DNA of 64,000 bases. It comes from Thermoplasmata archaeon. GTDB taxonomy: Archaea; Thermoplasmatota; Thermoplasmata; Halarchaeoplasmatales; Halarchaeoplasmataceae. Shown piece by piece: positions 9,847-20,474 of the stretch. A program made the translations under genes and the position numbers. A model generated the notes under the pieces. The model worked only from the letters and a program-made list of their open reading frames with translations, was not told where the DNA came from and made no database searches. The stretch is taken from contig PUNK01000035.1 in NCBI GenBank assembly GCA_003552585.1, positions 93 to 64,092 of the forward strand, written 5' to 3'. Positions within the stretch are counted from its first letter, which is position 1. Every line of letters starts with the position of its first letter.

Positions 9847-10932
9847 ATGAGTTTGGCTGTAGTGGTTGGTACGAGGCCTGAGATAGTTAAGATGAGCCCG
9901 ATAGTGAGGGCTCTGGAGAAGAGATCAATAGAATACAACCTAATTCATACCGGGCAGCATTACGATCATGAGGTTTCTCAGATATTTATTCAGGAGCTGG
10001 AATTACCACTTCCCGATAAAAATCTAGACGTAGGCTCAGCTAGTCAAGGGATCCAAACTGCTCAAGCACTCATGGGTCTTGAAAAAACATTTAAGGAAAT
10101 GGATAATGAAATAGTGCTTGTTCAGGGGGATACCAATACGGTTTTAGCCGGTGCACTTGCTGCGACCAAAATGGGATTGAAGGTAGGCCACGTGGAGGCA
10201 GGCCTAAGGAGTTACGATCTGAGGATGCCTGAAGAGCACAATCGCCGTCTTACCGATCACTGTTCCCATATGTTATTTGCTCCTACCGAGAACAGTGCTG
10301 AGATCCTGCGAAAAGAAAGTGTTTGGGGTGATGTTCATGTCACGGGTAATACTGTGATAGATGCATGTTTACAGAATATGGAACTGGCCGTGTCTCGGGC
10401 AGAATTGGAGTTCGAGATGCCTGAAGATTTTGTTTTGATAACCGCTCACAGGGCAGAGAATGTTGATGACACTCGAGTTCTTGGTGAACTAATTAAAATT
10501 TTTAAAGGTATCGAGGGCATCAAGATCTACCCTATACATCCCCGTGCAGAAAAGATGTTTAAAGAAAAGGGTATGTATGACAAGCTAAGATCTATCGAGG
10601 GCCTCAAACTGTTAAAACCTCAAGGCTACTTTGAATTTCTGTTACTAATGAAACACGCTAGATATATATTGACCGACTCGGGTGGTATACAGGAGGAGGC
10701 TACTGCACCCAATATTCAAAAAAAGGTGTTCGTTTTAAGGGAATCAACAGAAAGACCTGAGGCAGTAAAGGCAGGTTATGCCGAGGTCGTCGGTACATCG
10801 AGTGAAAAAGTCCTCAAAGCCATAAATAGATTCGAAGAAGAGGATTGGCAACCTAATGAATGTCCTTATGGATATGGTAATGCAGGAGAAAAAATTGTCG
10901 ATATAATTACTAGATCAGATCTTGATATATGA
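9847..10932 (+). CDS. wecB: UDP-N-acetylglucosamine 2-epimerase (non-hydrolysing)
   Basis: GTRPEIVKM, HTGQHYD, QGDTNT, HVEAGLRS, PEEHNR and TDSGGIQEEA. Confidence 0.96.
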   Translation: MSLAVVVGTRPEIVKMSPIVRALEKRSIEYNLIHTGQHYDHEVSQIFIQELELPLPDKNLDVGSASQGIQTAQALMGLEKTFKEMDNEIVLVQGDTNTVLAGALAATKMGLKVGHVEAGLRSYDLRMPEEHNRRLTDHCSHMLFAPTENSAEILRKESVWGDVHVTGNTVIDACLQNMELAVSRAELEFEMPEDFVLITAHRAENVDDTRVLGELIKIFKGIEGIKIYPIHPRAEKMFKEKGMYDKLRSIEGLKLLKPQGYFEFLLLMKHARYILTDSGGIQEEATAPNIQKKVFVLRESTERPEAVKAGYAEVVGTSSEKVLKAINRFEEEDWQPNECPYGYGNAGEKIVDIITRSDLDI

Positions 10933-11725
10933 CTTTGAGAATCTTGATAATTTTTTCGGGATGATGATACCTTTCAACAAATTCTCTTGGTTCGTCGATC
11001 TGGTCCGGGTTCTCGAACCCATAATAGATCGTGTATTTTTCGGGAAAATCGGTGTAAGTCCGTAGGCCACAAGCCATAGCTTCTAAGCGACCCAATGAAA
11101 CCGGGTCTCTCAGAGCACCTATCATGGATTTGTAATTGTTGAATAGTTTAGGAAGCTCTTCATGGGCAACGAAATCCAATATATTAACATTTTTTGGAAA
11201 CTCTATTTCGGTACCCCAATTTACGCAGTCATAAACTCTGTCAGAATCAATAAGTTTTAGAATTCTTTGTTCGCCGGCGAACCGTCCAAAAAGGAGTATC
11301 CGTTCGCTTTTTTTTACTTCAAGAGGGCGAAACAGTTTCAGGTCTACTGGATTTGGTATGTATGTTCCAGCTGACCATTCAAGTAGGTCTGGAGTACTCA
11401 AAAGAACTTTGTCTGCTCTTCGCCTGGTGATAGAACTGTATATTCTATGGTGTATAGGGAGGTTTCTCGCTCCATCAGATTCGATTCTTCGGATGTCACT
11501 GCCGTGACAGTGTAAAACAAATGGAATCCCCTTCCTTCTTGCTTGTCTGCCTGCTTTTATCGTGTTTTTGGTAAGGCAATAATGCCCATGAACTATATCG
11601 TAATCTTTTTCCACCTTCCCAGTTAAACTGATATCGATATTTATGTCTACAGCATATCTTTGGTAAGTGCGGATTATGTTTCGCATCGGGACCGCATCAG
11701 GAGAGCATACGTGTAATACGTTCAT
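10910..11725 (-). CDS. Glycosyltransferase family 4 (GT-B)
   Basis: DIVHGH, HCHGSD, IPNPVDLKLF and LEAMACG motifs. Confidence 0.8.
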   Translation of the reverse strand: MNVLHVCSPDAVPMRNIIRTYQRYAVDINIDISLTGKVEKDYDIVHGHYCLTKNTIKAGRQARRKGIPFVLHCHGSDIRRIESDGARNLPIHHRIYSSITRRRADKVLLSTPDLLEWSAGTYIPNPVDLKLFRPLEVKKSERILLFGRFAGEQRILKLIDSDRVYDCVNWGTEIEFPKNVNILDFVAHEELPKLFNNYKSMIGALRDPVSLGRLEAMACGLRTYTDFPEKYTIYYGFENPDQIDEPREFVERYHHPEKIIKILKVIYQDLI

Positions 11726-11947
11726 TCGGACCGTTATCAACCCAACGGATAAATTACCTTTCGGTCGAACCGATAATAATTATGTAGGTTATAGTTTTCT
11801 TATGGAAAATACACCCCTTTTCGCCCGTTTGATCCTTCCAAAAAGAATAAAACTATACTAAATCTTTTATAGGACTTGCTTTCATCAATCCTTCCCTGAA
11901 GAGTTGTTTCCTCTTCACATATGCTAATATCCCAAGGAGGATCAAAT

Positions 11948-13744
11948 ATGGTACAAATCCATGACCAAACGCTAAGAGATGCGCACCAATCCGTACTTGC
12001 AACTAGACTGCGTACGGAGGATATGGTACCGATATGTTCTAAGATGGATAAAGTAGGTTTTCATTCTCTGGAAGTATGGGGTGGAGCTACTTTTGACGCA
12101 TGCATTCGGTACCTAAATGAAGATCCATGGCAGAGGCTCAATACTTTGAGTGAACATCTGCCAAATACCCCTCTTCAGATGTTGGAGAGGGCTATGAATA
12201 TAGTCGCCTATAGGAACTATCCCGACGACGTTGTTAAGAAGTTTATATATTATGCGCATAAGAATGGTTGCGATAATTTCAGGATATTCGACGCTCTCAA
12301 TGATCTTCGGAACATGAGGGTTCCCATTGAAACAGCAAAGAAAGTGGGGGGACACGTTCAAGGCTCGCTCTGTTATACGATATCTCCAGTCCATACGGTG
12401 GAGAGGTATGTTGAAGACTTTAAAAAGTTGGAGAGGATGGGTTGCGATTCCTTGTGTATAAAGGACATGGCAGGGATGATCTCGCCTACCAGAGCTTATG
12501 ATATAATCAAAGGTTGTAAGGATGCAGGGATAAAGATCCCTATAGATTTACACAGCCACAACACCTCGGGTATGACCGGATTATCGTACATGAGTGCCTG
12601 TCAAGCGGGTGTGGATATACTGGACACTTCTATATCGTCACTGACCGGTGCGACAGGGCAACCTCCAACCGAGTCCGTTGTCGCGGCTTTGAAGGACACT
12701 GAGTACGATACTGGTTACGACATGAATCTGCTTATGGAAATCAGGGAATACTTCAATGAAATTTGGAGAAAGTACAGTCATTTACACAGGGAACAAGCCC
12801 TTAGGATAGATCCTTCTGTAACCATGCATCAGATCCCTGGAGGTATGCTTTCTAATCTTGTCAACCAGCTTGAAAAGCAGGGAGCTGCAGACAAATACGA
12901 AGAGGTGTTAAAGGAGGTTCCAAGAGTTAGGAAGGACTTTGGATACCCTCCTCTTGTCACTCCGTCCTCTCAGGTGGTCGGTGTTCAATCGGTGATGAAC
13001 GTTAAATTCGGTAGATACGAGAGGATCACTAACGATACTAAGGAGTACTTCAGAGGGATGTATGGCAGGCCACCAGGAGAGATCTCGGAAGAGATGTACG
13101 AGAAAATCCTCGGTCCCAACTGGGAAGACGAAGTTATAGATGATAGACCGGCCAGCCTGAAGGAGCCGGAATTCAAGAAGAGAAAGGATGAGCTTGAAGA
13201 TCTCGGTCTTCTTAAAAAGCCAGAGGACGTGCTTACCTACACTATATACCCCGACATAGGTCTTAAATTCCTCAAAGGGCAGGTGAAGCCGGAATTCACC
13301 TCGGATCAATTACCATTAAAGAAGCCTGAAGAGGAAAAAGAGGTTATCCGAAGACCGGAATACCCCATCCAGGGAAAGGTAAAGGTGGACGGCAAGAACT
13401 ACCGGGTGAAGATGAAGAACGAGGATAAGGTCACCGTCGATGGAAAAGATTACCGCATATCAGTCCTCTTCCCAGAAGGTCAAAAGAGTTCTTCAACTAA
13501 ATCAGAAAAGAAATCAGCACCTTCGGGTGAAGAAATAGAGGTGGTCTCACCAATGCTCGGCACCATTCTTAGAATTCCTGTAAACACAGGAGAAAAGGTG
13601 AGTGCGGGCGATCCCATAGCCATACTAGAAGCTATGAAGATGGAGAACGACATATCTGCACCTAAAGACGGGACAGTCAAAGAGCTGCACGTCAAGAAAG
13701 GCGAGGATGTTGAAGAAGGTGCATTGATCGCAACCTTGGTGTGA
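11948..13744 (+). CDS. oadA: Oxaloacetate decarboxylase alpha subunit (carboxyltransferase plus biotinyl domain)
   Basis: TLRDAHQS, WGGATFD, IKDMAG, HSH, PGGMLSN, PPLVTPSSQ and biotin site EAMKMEN; AGGAGG RBS. Confidence 0.93.
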   Translation: MVQIHDQTLRDAHQSVLATRLRTEDMVPICSKMDKVGFHSLEVWGGATFDACIRYLNEDPWQRLNTLSEHLPNTPLQMLERAMNIVAYRNYPDDVVKKFIYYAHKNGCDNFRIFDALNDLRNMRVPIETAKKVGGHVQGSLCYTISPVHTVERYVEDFKKLERMGCDSLCIKDMAGMISPTRAYDIIKGCKDAGIKIPIDLHSHNTSGMTGLSYMSACQAGVDILDTSISSLTGATGQPPTESVVAALKDTEYDTGYDMNLLMEIREYFNEIWRKYSHLHREQALRIDPSVTMHQIPGGMLSNLVNQLEKQGAADKYEEVLKEVPRVRKDFGYPPLVTPSSQVVGVQSVMNVKFGRYERITNDTKEYFRGMYGRPPGEISEEMYEKILGPNWEDEVIDDRPASLKEPEFKKRKDELEDLGLLKKPEDVLTYTIYPDIGLKFLKGQVKPEFTSDQLPLKKPEEEKEVIRRPEYPIQGKVKVDGKNYRVKMKNEDKVTVDGKDYRISVLFPEGQKSSSTKSEKKSAPSGEEIEVVSPMLGTILRIPVNTGEKVSAGDPIAILEAMKMENDISAPKDGTVKELHVKKGEDVEEGALIATLV

Positions 13745-13749
13745 TTGAA

Positions 13750-13932
13750 ATGACCCCGCTAGAAGTTATAGGTATAGGTCTTATCGTGGTATTCGTGACC
13801 CTTGGAATACTGACCATGAGCACTTATCTGATCGGATTGATCGTCAACAAGTATTTTGATAAACCGGATGATGATGAAAAAGCTAGGGTGGCAGCCATCG
13901 TGGCTGCGATACGATCAAGGGGTGTGCTTTAG
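13750..13932 (+). CDS. oadG: Na+-translocating decarboxylase gamma subunit
   Basis: Single TM with GLIVVFVTL and C-terminal VAAIVAAI; lies between alpha and beta genes. Confidence 0.85.
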   Translation: MTPLEVIGIGLIVVFVTLGILTMSTYLIGLIVNKYFDKPDDDEKARVAAIVAAIRSRGVL

Positions 13933-15036
13933 ATGTTTGAAACTGGTTTTTTTGCGATAAGCTGGCAACAGGTTGTTATGCTTGCGATCGGATTACTGTT
14001 GATTTACTTGGGAGTTTCTAAAAACATGGAGCCACTCCTTTTGGGTCCTATCGGTTTCGCAGTAATACTCGCTAATCTTCCTTTAACCGGTATCACTGCT
14101 GAACCATCTGGTCTTTTACACGTTGTTTATGAAGAACTAGTGGCCACCGGGATCGTACCACTGGTCATATTTCTAGGTATAGGCACGATGACCGATTTTT
14201 CTCCTTTACTTGCCAATCCAAAAACATTCTTACTGGGAGCAGCAGCTCAGATCGGTATATTCCTTGCTTTAGGATTGGCCATACTGATCGGTTTTGACTT
14301 GAGCGCAGCAGCGTCTATCGGAATCATCGGAGGTGCTGACGGTCCCACAGCGATTTATGCAGCCACTCAGCTTGTAGCCGATCGACCGGCTATAATAGCA
14401 GCGGTAACTGTATCCGCATATTCATATATGGCACTGGTCCCGATCATACAACCACCAATCATCAAAGCCATGACCACTAAAGAACAGAGAAAGATCCGGA
14501 TGGGAAAGATGAGAAAGGTGAGTAAACTTGAAAAGATAGTATTTCCCATCGGAGTTACTATCATCGTCGGACTGATCGTCCCCTCTGCATTACCCCTTGT
14601 AGGTATGTTGATGCTTGGAAATCTGTTTCAGACCTCCGGTGTTATGGATAGGCTATCCGATACCGGTGGTAATGCATTGATGGATATAGCGACGATAATG
14701 CTCGGTTTGGGGGTCGGTTACTTGATGACTGGGAACACATTCTTACAATTGGAGACCATAAAGATCTTACTTCTCGGAGTTTTTGCCTTCGCCACCGCCA
14801 CTGCAGGGGGCACGGTTTTTGGACTCATATTCTATAAACTATCAGGGGGCAAAATCAATCCGATGGTTGGTGCGGCCGGTGTTTCAGCAGTACCTATGGC
14901 CTCTCGCGTGGTGCAAAAGATGGGACAGGAAGAGGATGCAGGGAGTCATCTTTTGATGCATGCTATGGGACCGAACGTAGCAGGTGTTATCGGCTCTGCT
15001 ACAGCGGCAGGAATTTTGATCGGATTACTTGGGTGA
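13933..15036 (+). CDS. oadB: Na+-translocating decarboxylase beta subunit
   Basis: EPLLLGPIGF, LLGAAAQIG, IIGGADGPT, GAAGVSAVPMASR and HAMGPNVAGVIGSA. Confidence 0.96.
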   Translation: MFETGFFAISWQQVVMLAIGLLLIYLGVSKNMEPLLLGPIGFAVILANLPLTGITAEPSGLLHVVYEELVATGIVPLVIFLGIGTMTDFSPLLANPKTFLLGAAAQIGIFLALGLAILIGFDLSAAASIGIIGGADGPTAIYAATQLVADRPAIIAAVTVSAYSYMALVPIIQPPIIKAMTTKEQRKIRMGKMRKVSKLEKIVFPIGVTIIVGLIVPSALPLVGMLMLGNLFQTSGVMDRLSDTGGNALMDIATIMLGLGVGYLMTGNTFLQLETIKILLLGVFAFATATAGGTVFGLIFYKLSGGKINPMVGAAGVSAVPMASRVVQKMGQEEDAGSHLLMHAMGPNVAGVIGSATAAGILIGLLG

Positions 15037-15040
15037 TAAT

Positions 15041-15370
15041 ATGAAAAATGTATTCATAAAAAAAGGAAATGAAAGCAAACAAAAAGAGGTTGATGGTAAG
15101 ATATTTCGCCTTCTCCAGAAGTCGAATAACATGGAAGCGATAATAGCAGAATTAGATGTAGGTGTGGAATCTGACAGGTACTTTCATGAAGGGGAAGAAT
15201 TCCACCTGGTGCTCAGCGGCGAGATAGAATATATCGTCGGAGATGAGGTATATAGAATGGAGGCGGGAGACAGCCTTTGGCATGTTTCAGATATTTCCCA
15301 CGGAGCCAAGAACGTTGGAGATGAAAAAGCGGTATACATAACTATAAGCACGCCTCCGACGTTTATGTGA
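15041..15370 (+). CDS. Cupin domain protein
   Basis: HEGEE...VLSG and GDSLW....H...N cupin motifs. Confidence 0.85.
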   Translation: MKNVFIKKGNESKQKEVDGKIFRLLQKSNNMEAIIAELDVGVESDRYFHEGEEFHLVLSGEIEYIVGDEVYRMEAGDSLWHVSDISHGAKNVGDEKAVYITISTPPTFM

Positions 15371-15379
15371 GATGTGAAC

Positions 15380-16024
15380 ATGGACATATTCAGGTTTGAT
15401 AAAATCACGTCTTCAAACGATCTAGCTAGGAGTCTTTTTGGCGATAAGGATGACGAATTTGTCGTGGTCGCTAAAGAACAAACAGGTGGAAAAGGACGCA
15501 ACGATCGAAAGTGGGAGTCCCCTCCAGGAAATCTGTATTTCTCTTTGTGTACGAAGGTTACTAGAGCAGCTACATTACGGGCAGGAGTTGCAGTAGCTAA
15601 ATGTTTAGATGACCTTGGTCTCAAAGTTTCCCTAAAGTGGCCCAACGATGTGTTAGTGGATGGTAAGAAAATTGCAGGCATACTTTCTGAGGGAGTTAAC
15701 AACCATGTTATCATCGGATTTGGAGTGAATGTTAATAAGGTGCCGGTTGAGAATGCAACATCCATCGTAAATGAATTAGATAGAGATATAGACTGCGAAA
15801 CTCTTATGGAAGGCATGATAAGTCGATTCCAAAAGTGTGAGGATTTTATGGCTACTTATAGGAAATTTTCCTGCACCATAGGGCGAAATGTGAAGATAAA
15901 AACACCTTCTGGTATAGAAAAAGGTTTGGTTGAAGATGTGGATGAGCAAGGTCGCTTAATATTTGAGGATGGTAGAAAAATATTGGCGGGGGATGTAATA
16001 TACTTAAGAGAAGATAACGAATAG
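15380..16024 (+). CDS. birA: Biotin-protein ligase (no HTH)
   Basis: QTGGKGR..RKWESP, KWPND and KKIAGIL. Confidence 0.93.
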   Translation: MDIFRFDKITSSNDLARSLFGDKDDEFVVVAKEQTGGKGRNDRKWESPPGNLYFSLCTKVTRAATLRAGVAVAKCLDDLGLKVSLKWPNDVLVDGKKIAGILSEGVNNHVIIGFGVNVNKVPVENATSIVNELDRDIDCETLMEGMISRFQKCEDFMATYRKFSCTIGRNVKIKTPSGIEKGLVEDVDEQGRLIFEDGRKILAGDVIYLREDNE

Positions 16025-16072
16025 ATTCGATTGAGATGGGTTTTTAGCAGCCATGTAAGAAGCTGTTTATTT

Positions 16073-17509
16073 TTAAGAAATGTTTTTAAAAAGAGAACGT
16101 AGTAGCTCAAAATCTTTCGGTTCTATAGCTTTTAACAAATAAAGAAGAACAAAGTAAAGAAGAATCGATATAGGGATTGTTATAGTGATAGAGAGGGGGA
16201 TGAACAATGCAGCAGCCATCACCATGCTAGCACCGAAAGGTTTCCATAGGTAAGATAACGGCACGGGGCTTATCGTTAAACTCACTTGATGATAATTGAT
16301 TATGAAATGCAGCATCTCCGCAAAAACCACAGCAGCTGCTGCCCCTTGGACCCCCCATCTAGGGATTAGATACAATGCAGACAATATTAGGAATATAGAA
16401 GAGAATAGTAAGTTGCGCACGGTCAATTTTGTTTGATCTGTCGACCAAAGAACCATTTTAAGACTTCCATTCATGAAAAGAAATGGGATCACCCAGATTA
16501 GTATCCTGAAAACAGGTAGAGTAGCACTGTATTCTTCTATATAAATAAAACCCAATATCTCGTGTCCTGATACATAAAGCCCAACTGTTATGGGGAGAGA
16601 TAGGGCCAGCATGTAGCGCATGGATATCCTGTAAGTGTATCGTAGAGCCTGTTTTGCAGTTTGATACATTCGTGAAAAAACGGGATAAAGAGCTCTTCCA
16701 AATGAATAAGGAACTACCCCTAAAAAGATAACCACCTTCCAGCTGGCACTATAAACACCGATTCCAAAGTCTCCTACTATCAAGCTCAAAAGGAGTATGA
16801 TTATATGTCCGTAAAAAACTGCAAGGAAGGCAAAGGAGGTGAAATGAACCGTTCCCTTGGTAGTCTGAACGATCGTATTGGGTTTTTGAAAAGTACCTTT
16901 TAAACTGACCGTGTAAACGACTGCTGATATAATAAGCCGGATAATGTTTGCAAATAATAGAAACAATATTATTCCTTCTAAGTCAAGTCCAAGAAAAAGG
17001 GCGGAGATCCCTGCAAAAAGATATAATAGATGGCCAAAAAAATCTATTTTTCCTTGTAAATCCATTCTTTCATGTCCCTGGAATATAGCGTTGAACGAAC
17101 CGTATATTTTTTCTATTATCAAGAGACCTCCAGCTAGTAATAGTACGGTTATGGTTATACCTGTCTCTATAGTAGAAAGTATAAATCTATAAATCACAGC
17201 CAATATGGCTAGATATAGAAAAGAAAGGATAACCCTTGACATCAATACGTTTGAAACGAGTTTAGAAGTGACTTCTGGTCTTCTAGAGATGCTTCTTATA
17301 GTCATCTCATCGAATCCAAAGTCTACCACGACAGCAGCTATATAGGCCACTGCCAAGGCAAGGTTAAAGATCCCAAAATTCACTGGAAGAAGATGGTTTG
17401 CCAACAATATTATGAACACTGCAGACATTATCCTAGACGAAAACTTAGCAACGACTAACCATGCAGTATTCCTTGCAATACGAGTACTCGTTCTCAATTT
17501 ACCATGCAT
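16073..17509 (-). CDS. Wzx/MOP-family oligosaccharide flippase
   Basis: RIARNT start, ~12-14 TM, ALYPVFSR and LIPRWGVQGAA. Confidence 0.88.
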   Translation of the reverse strand: MHGKLRTSTRIARNTAWLVVAKFSSRIMSAVFIILLANHLLPVNFGIFNLALAVAYIAAVVVDFGFDEMTIRSISRRPEVTSKLVSNVLMSRVILSFLYLAILAVIYRFILSTIETGITITVLLLAGGLLIIEKIYGSFNAIFQGHERMDLQGKIDFFGHLLYLFAGISALFLGLDLEGIILFLLFANIIRLIISAVVYTVSLKGTFQKPNTIVQTTKGTVHFTSFAFLAVFYGHIIILLLSLIVGDFGIGVYSASWKVVIFLGVVPYSFGRALYPVFSRMYQTAKQALRYTYRISMRYMLALSLPITVGLYVSGHEILGFIYIEEYSATLPVFRILIWVIPFLFMNGSLKMVLWSTDQTKLTVRNLLFSSIFLILSALYLIPRWGVQGAAAAVVFAEMLHFIINYHQVSLTISPVPLSYLWKPFGASMVMAAALFIPLSITITIPISILLYFVLLYLLKAIEPKDFELLRSLFKNIS

Positions 17510-17523
17510 GGATTATCCGATAT

Positions 17524-18537
17524 CTATAAAAATTCATTGGCAAGATTCACCATCCATCGGGTCACATCTGTTTTCTCTTCGATCATCTTTTTTCTAGCAA
17601 GTTCTCCATCGGGAGGTGTGTTCAAAAAGTCTTTTACAATGTCGAGAGCGATGTGAGGTGTACTCGCAGTAGTACCTACCTGATATCTTTTTTCTTGATC
17701 ATCAAGATAGCTCCTTCTCCCCTTGGAAAGATAAATCCATGGAGTGCCTAGCACCCCTGCTTCAGAAGCGGCCGTTGCCCCTTCACCTACGTAAAGAGAG
17801 GCGTGTGCTAGAAGTTGATGGTACAGATTTTCCGGGAGAGGATTACGGTACTTTTGCAGTGAGCTTGGCAGATCGAACTCTGAATCAACAACGATGTCTG
17901 AGAGTTCAGAGAGCTTTTTAATGAAATCTATTTTTTGATCCATGCTCATTATGGATTCCCCCTCTTGATGACTGGCATCAAGTGAAGATAAACGTATCAC
18001 TATGTAGTCCTTAATAGAAAGTCTGGTATCGTCGATCGATGATGGATCCGGGCAAAACCTTTCCGGGTGGAGGTATGCTAATTCGTGGTATCCCGGGTAG
18101 GCCCGATGTTTTTTTGAAGGCACTTTTCCCCGGTAACAATCAGGTGTAGCTACGATACTAGCAAAAGGGAAGGTGAGAAGATTAGTTAGTTTAGCCCCCT
18201 CAGTGTCCGTAAAATCGATGGTCGGGGTCCCGAAAAAAGCTCCCGCATGTACTGAATATAAGCCTCCTATCGAGGCTGTAAGATCCGGTTCGAACTTGCG
18301 TGCTTTGGCCAACAAACGTATATCGTTCATCAGAACACCCCATGCCTTGGAAGGCCTATTTGGATAGGTTCGGCCGAAATAGGTGTAATCTAAACCGAAG
18401 AGGTCCAACAATTTTGTGGTGTTTTCTCTCTCCTTAACAGCTATATGGATCTCATGGTTTTTTGATTCCATCTCATCTATGAAGTGTCTAAAGAAATGGA
18501 CGTGGGCAGGATGCCCCATAGCTATCAATATGTTCAA
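17524..18537 (-). CDS. DUF354 family glycosyltransferase-like protein
   Basis: HPAHVHFF, DTE, GYHELAYLHP and TAASEAGVLGTP. Confidence 0.85.
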   Translation of the reverse strand: MNILIAMGHPAHVHFFRHFIDEMESKNHEIHIAVKERENTTKLLDLFGLDYTYFGRTYPNRPSKAWGVLMNDIRLLAKARKFEPDLTASIGGLYSVHAGAFFGTPTIDFTDTEGAKLTNLLTFPFASIVATPDCYRGKVPSKKHRAYPGYHELAYLHPERFCPDPSSIDDTRLSIKDYIVIRLSSLDASHQEGESIMSMDQKIDFIKKLSELSDIVVDSEFDLPSSLQKYRNPLPENLYHQLLAHASLYVGEGATAASEAGVLGTPWIYLSKGRRSYLDDQEKRYQVGTTASTPHIALDIVKDFLNTPPDGELARKKMIEEKTDVTRWMVNLANEFL

Positions 18538-18592
18538 ACGGACACCGATAAAAGTGATAGATTAGGATGGTTATAAAGATAATCCGGTCAAT

Positions 18593-20407
18593 TTAACCTA
18601 CTTTGACCTTTTTCCCTTCGTTCAAGGCCCGAATTATGTTTTTACCGGAATGAGTGTTCTTTCTTATCTTGATCGTTCCATCCCGTCCTACCGTGGCGGT
18701 GGTTAGGTGTTCTCCATCCGCGTACAGATCCACGGTTTCTTTTGAAAATCTACTCCCCACATCTACCACTACTTGATCGGATTCCATGTACACGTTTACC
18801 GTCTTCATCTCTTGACTCTTTTTTTCTCCGCCGTAAGCTTTCACATCTATTTTTACTCCTAGATCTTGTTCGATGTGGGCGATACGCTGACCACCTTTGC
18901 CAAGGAGTGCAGGGATCTGATTATCCATAACATACACCGTGACACTATCTGAAGAGTTCACATCGCAATCTACGGGCCCGTTGACATATTGACTTATATA
19001 TCGTTGGATCTGGTACGAAGCGAGTTCCCATATAGGATCCATTTCTTCTGAAGAGGTCTCCTCCACAGGCATAACCACCACCTGTTCCCCATAGGTGTAA
19101 ATCTCGTATTCAGGAGTACCGGTTTCGAAATCACATACCTCTATCACGGGTCGAGCTAGGTCTTCCTGAACCATCCCTGAGGGAACCTTAACGGTGAATT
19201 TGATGTCGTATACCTTGGTTATCTCTCCTGCTTCAACAAAGATGATGGTATCGACTACTTGGGGCACCATACCGAGCTCGACTCTGCCTATCAGTCGTTG
19301 AAGGGCGTCTATAGCTCTGTTGGCGTGCGTTACACCGACCATCCCTACCCCTGCCAACCTCATATCAGCAAAGACCTTGAAGTCGGGGGTCTTTCTTACC
19401 TCGTCAAAAATAGTGTAGTCAGGTCTTACGAGCAATAAAACATCTGAAGTGTTTTCTAGACTGCCCCCGAGATCGGTATACTGTGTGATATCGTCTGGAA
19501 CTTGAAGATCTCTAGGTTTTTCCATCGTCTTGACAACGAAATCCTTTTTCATAAGGTATATGGCGACCGCCTGGGCTAGAGTGCTTTTTCCAGCACCAGG
19601 TGCACCTGCCAGCATAACCCCTCTCCTTTTTCCCGCTATCCTCTCTTTCAACTCTTCAGATAAACGATATTCATCCAAGTCTACCCTGGCAACAGGTTTT
19701 ACGGCGGTTATCTCGAAACCATCTGAGAAGGGAGGACGGGATATAACTATCCGCATGTCTCCTAATTGGACGATCGTCGCACCACTCTTATCCATCTCGA
19801 TGAAACCTTTTGCTGACCTTTTTGTCCTTTCGATGATCTCATGAGCGATCTGCCTTAATTCGGGTTCATCCATAATTCTATCTTCTATGGTCTCGATCCT
19901 CATGTTCCCAGGAGTGCCTTTTTTTGCCTTGGGTCTTGTTCCCACTCTAAGATGGACCGACATCGTCTCTTCGTCAAAATAGTCCCTTATCCATCTTTTA
20001 CCTTCGATGTCTTCTATCTCGGGTTTCAGGTATTTCACTCTGATACCCTTGGCTTTGGCGATCTTTGCTTGTACCATATCGCTGGTCATGAGCAGTGCGC
20101 TTTCCTCCTCTGCGAGGTCCCTCACCATTGCATCTATCTCCCCCTCCTCAGCGTACTTGACCTGAAATCTATCTGGCCTATTTCCCTTGAAAACCATTGA
20201 TATATCGTGGGTGTCTATTAGTTTTCTGAGAGATCCTATTTCTTCCAGTCCGCTCATGCCCGTCTCTTTACCTTTATTGGCCTGTGCTTCCAGCTCGGCT
20301 ATCACCGCTTCTGGGATGATGATCTCGAATCCATCGAGTTCCCCCTCCTTTACCATAGAAGTTATTCGACCGTCGATGATAACACTTGTATCAGTTAAAA
20401 CCTTCAT
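18593..20407 (-). CDS. PINA-type ATPase (PIN + VirB11-like ATPase + KH)
   Basis: DTSVIIDG PIN start, GAPGAGKST Walker A, YTIFDEVR Walker B, DMRLAGVGMVGVTH and KH LLGKGG. Confidence 0.92.
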   Translation of the reverse strand: MKVLTDTSVIIDGRITSMVKEGELDGFEIIIPEAVIAELEAQANKGKETGMSGLEEIGSLRKLIDTHDISMVFKGNRPDRFQVKYAEEGEIDAMVRDLAEEESALLMTSDMVQAKIAKAKGIRVKYLKPEIEDIEGKRWIRDYFDEETMSVHLRVGTRPKAKKGTPGNMRIETIEDRIMDEPELRQIAHEIIERTKRSAKGFIEMDKSGATIVQLGDMRIVISRPPFSDGFEITAVKPVARVDLDEYRLSEELKERIAGKRRGVMLAGAPGAGKSTLAQAVAIYLMKKDFVVKTMEKPRDLQVPDDITQYTDLGGSLENTSDVLLLVRPDYTIFDEVRKTPDFKVFADMRLAGVGMVGVTHANRAIDALQRLIGRVELGMVPQVVDTIIFVEAGEITKVYDIKFTVKVPSGMVQEDLARPVIEVCDFETGTPEYEIYTYGEQVVVMPVEETSSEEMDPIWELASYQIQRYISQYVNGPVDCDVNSSDSVTVYVMDNQIPALLGKGGQRIAHIEQDLGVKIDVKAYGGEKKSQEMKTVNVYMESDQVVVDVGSRFSKETVDLYADGEHLTTATVGRDGTIKIRKNTHSGKNIIRALNEGKKVKVG

Positions 20408-20474
20408 GTATGTTCATTTTATGCTTAAGTATAAAACTCTTTTTAATGAAAATTTAATAGTTGGGACTGATTAG

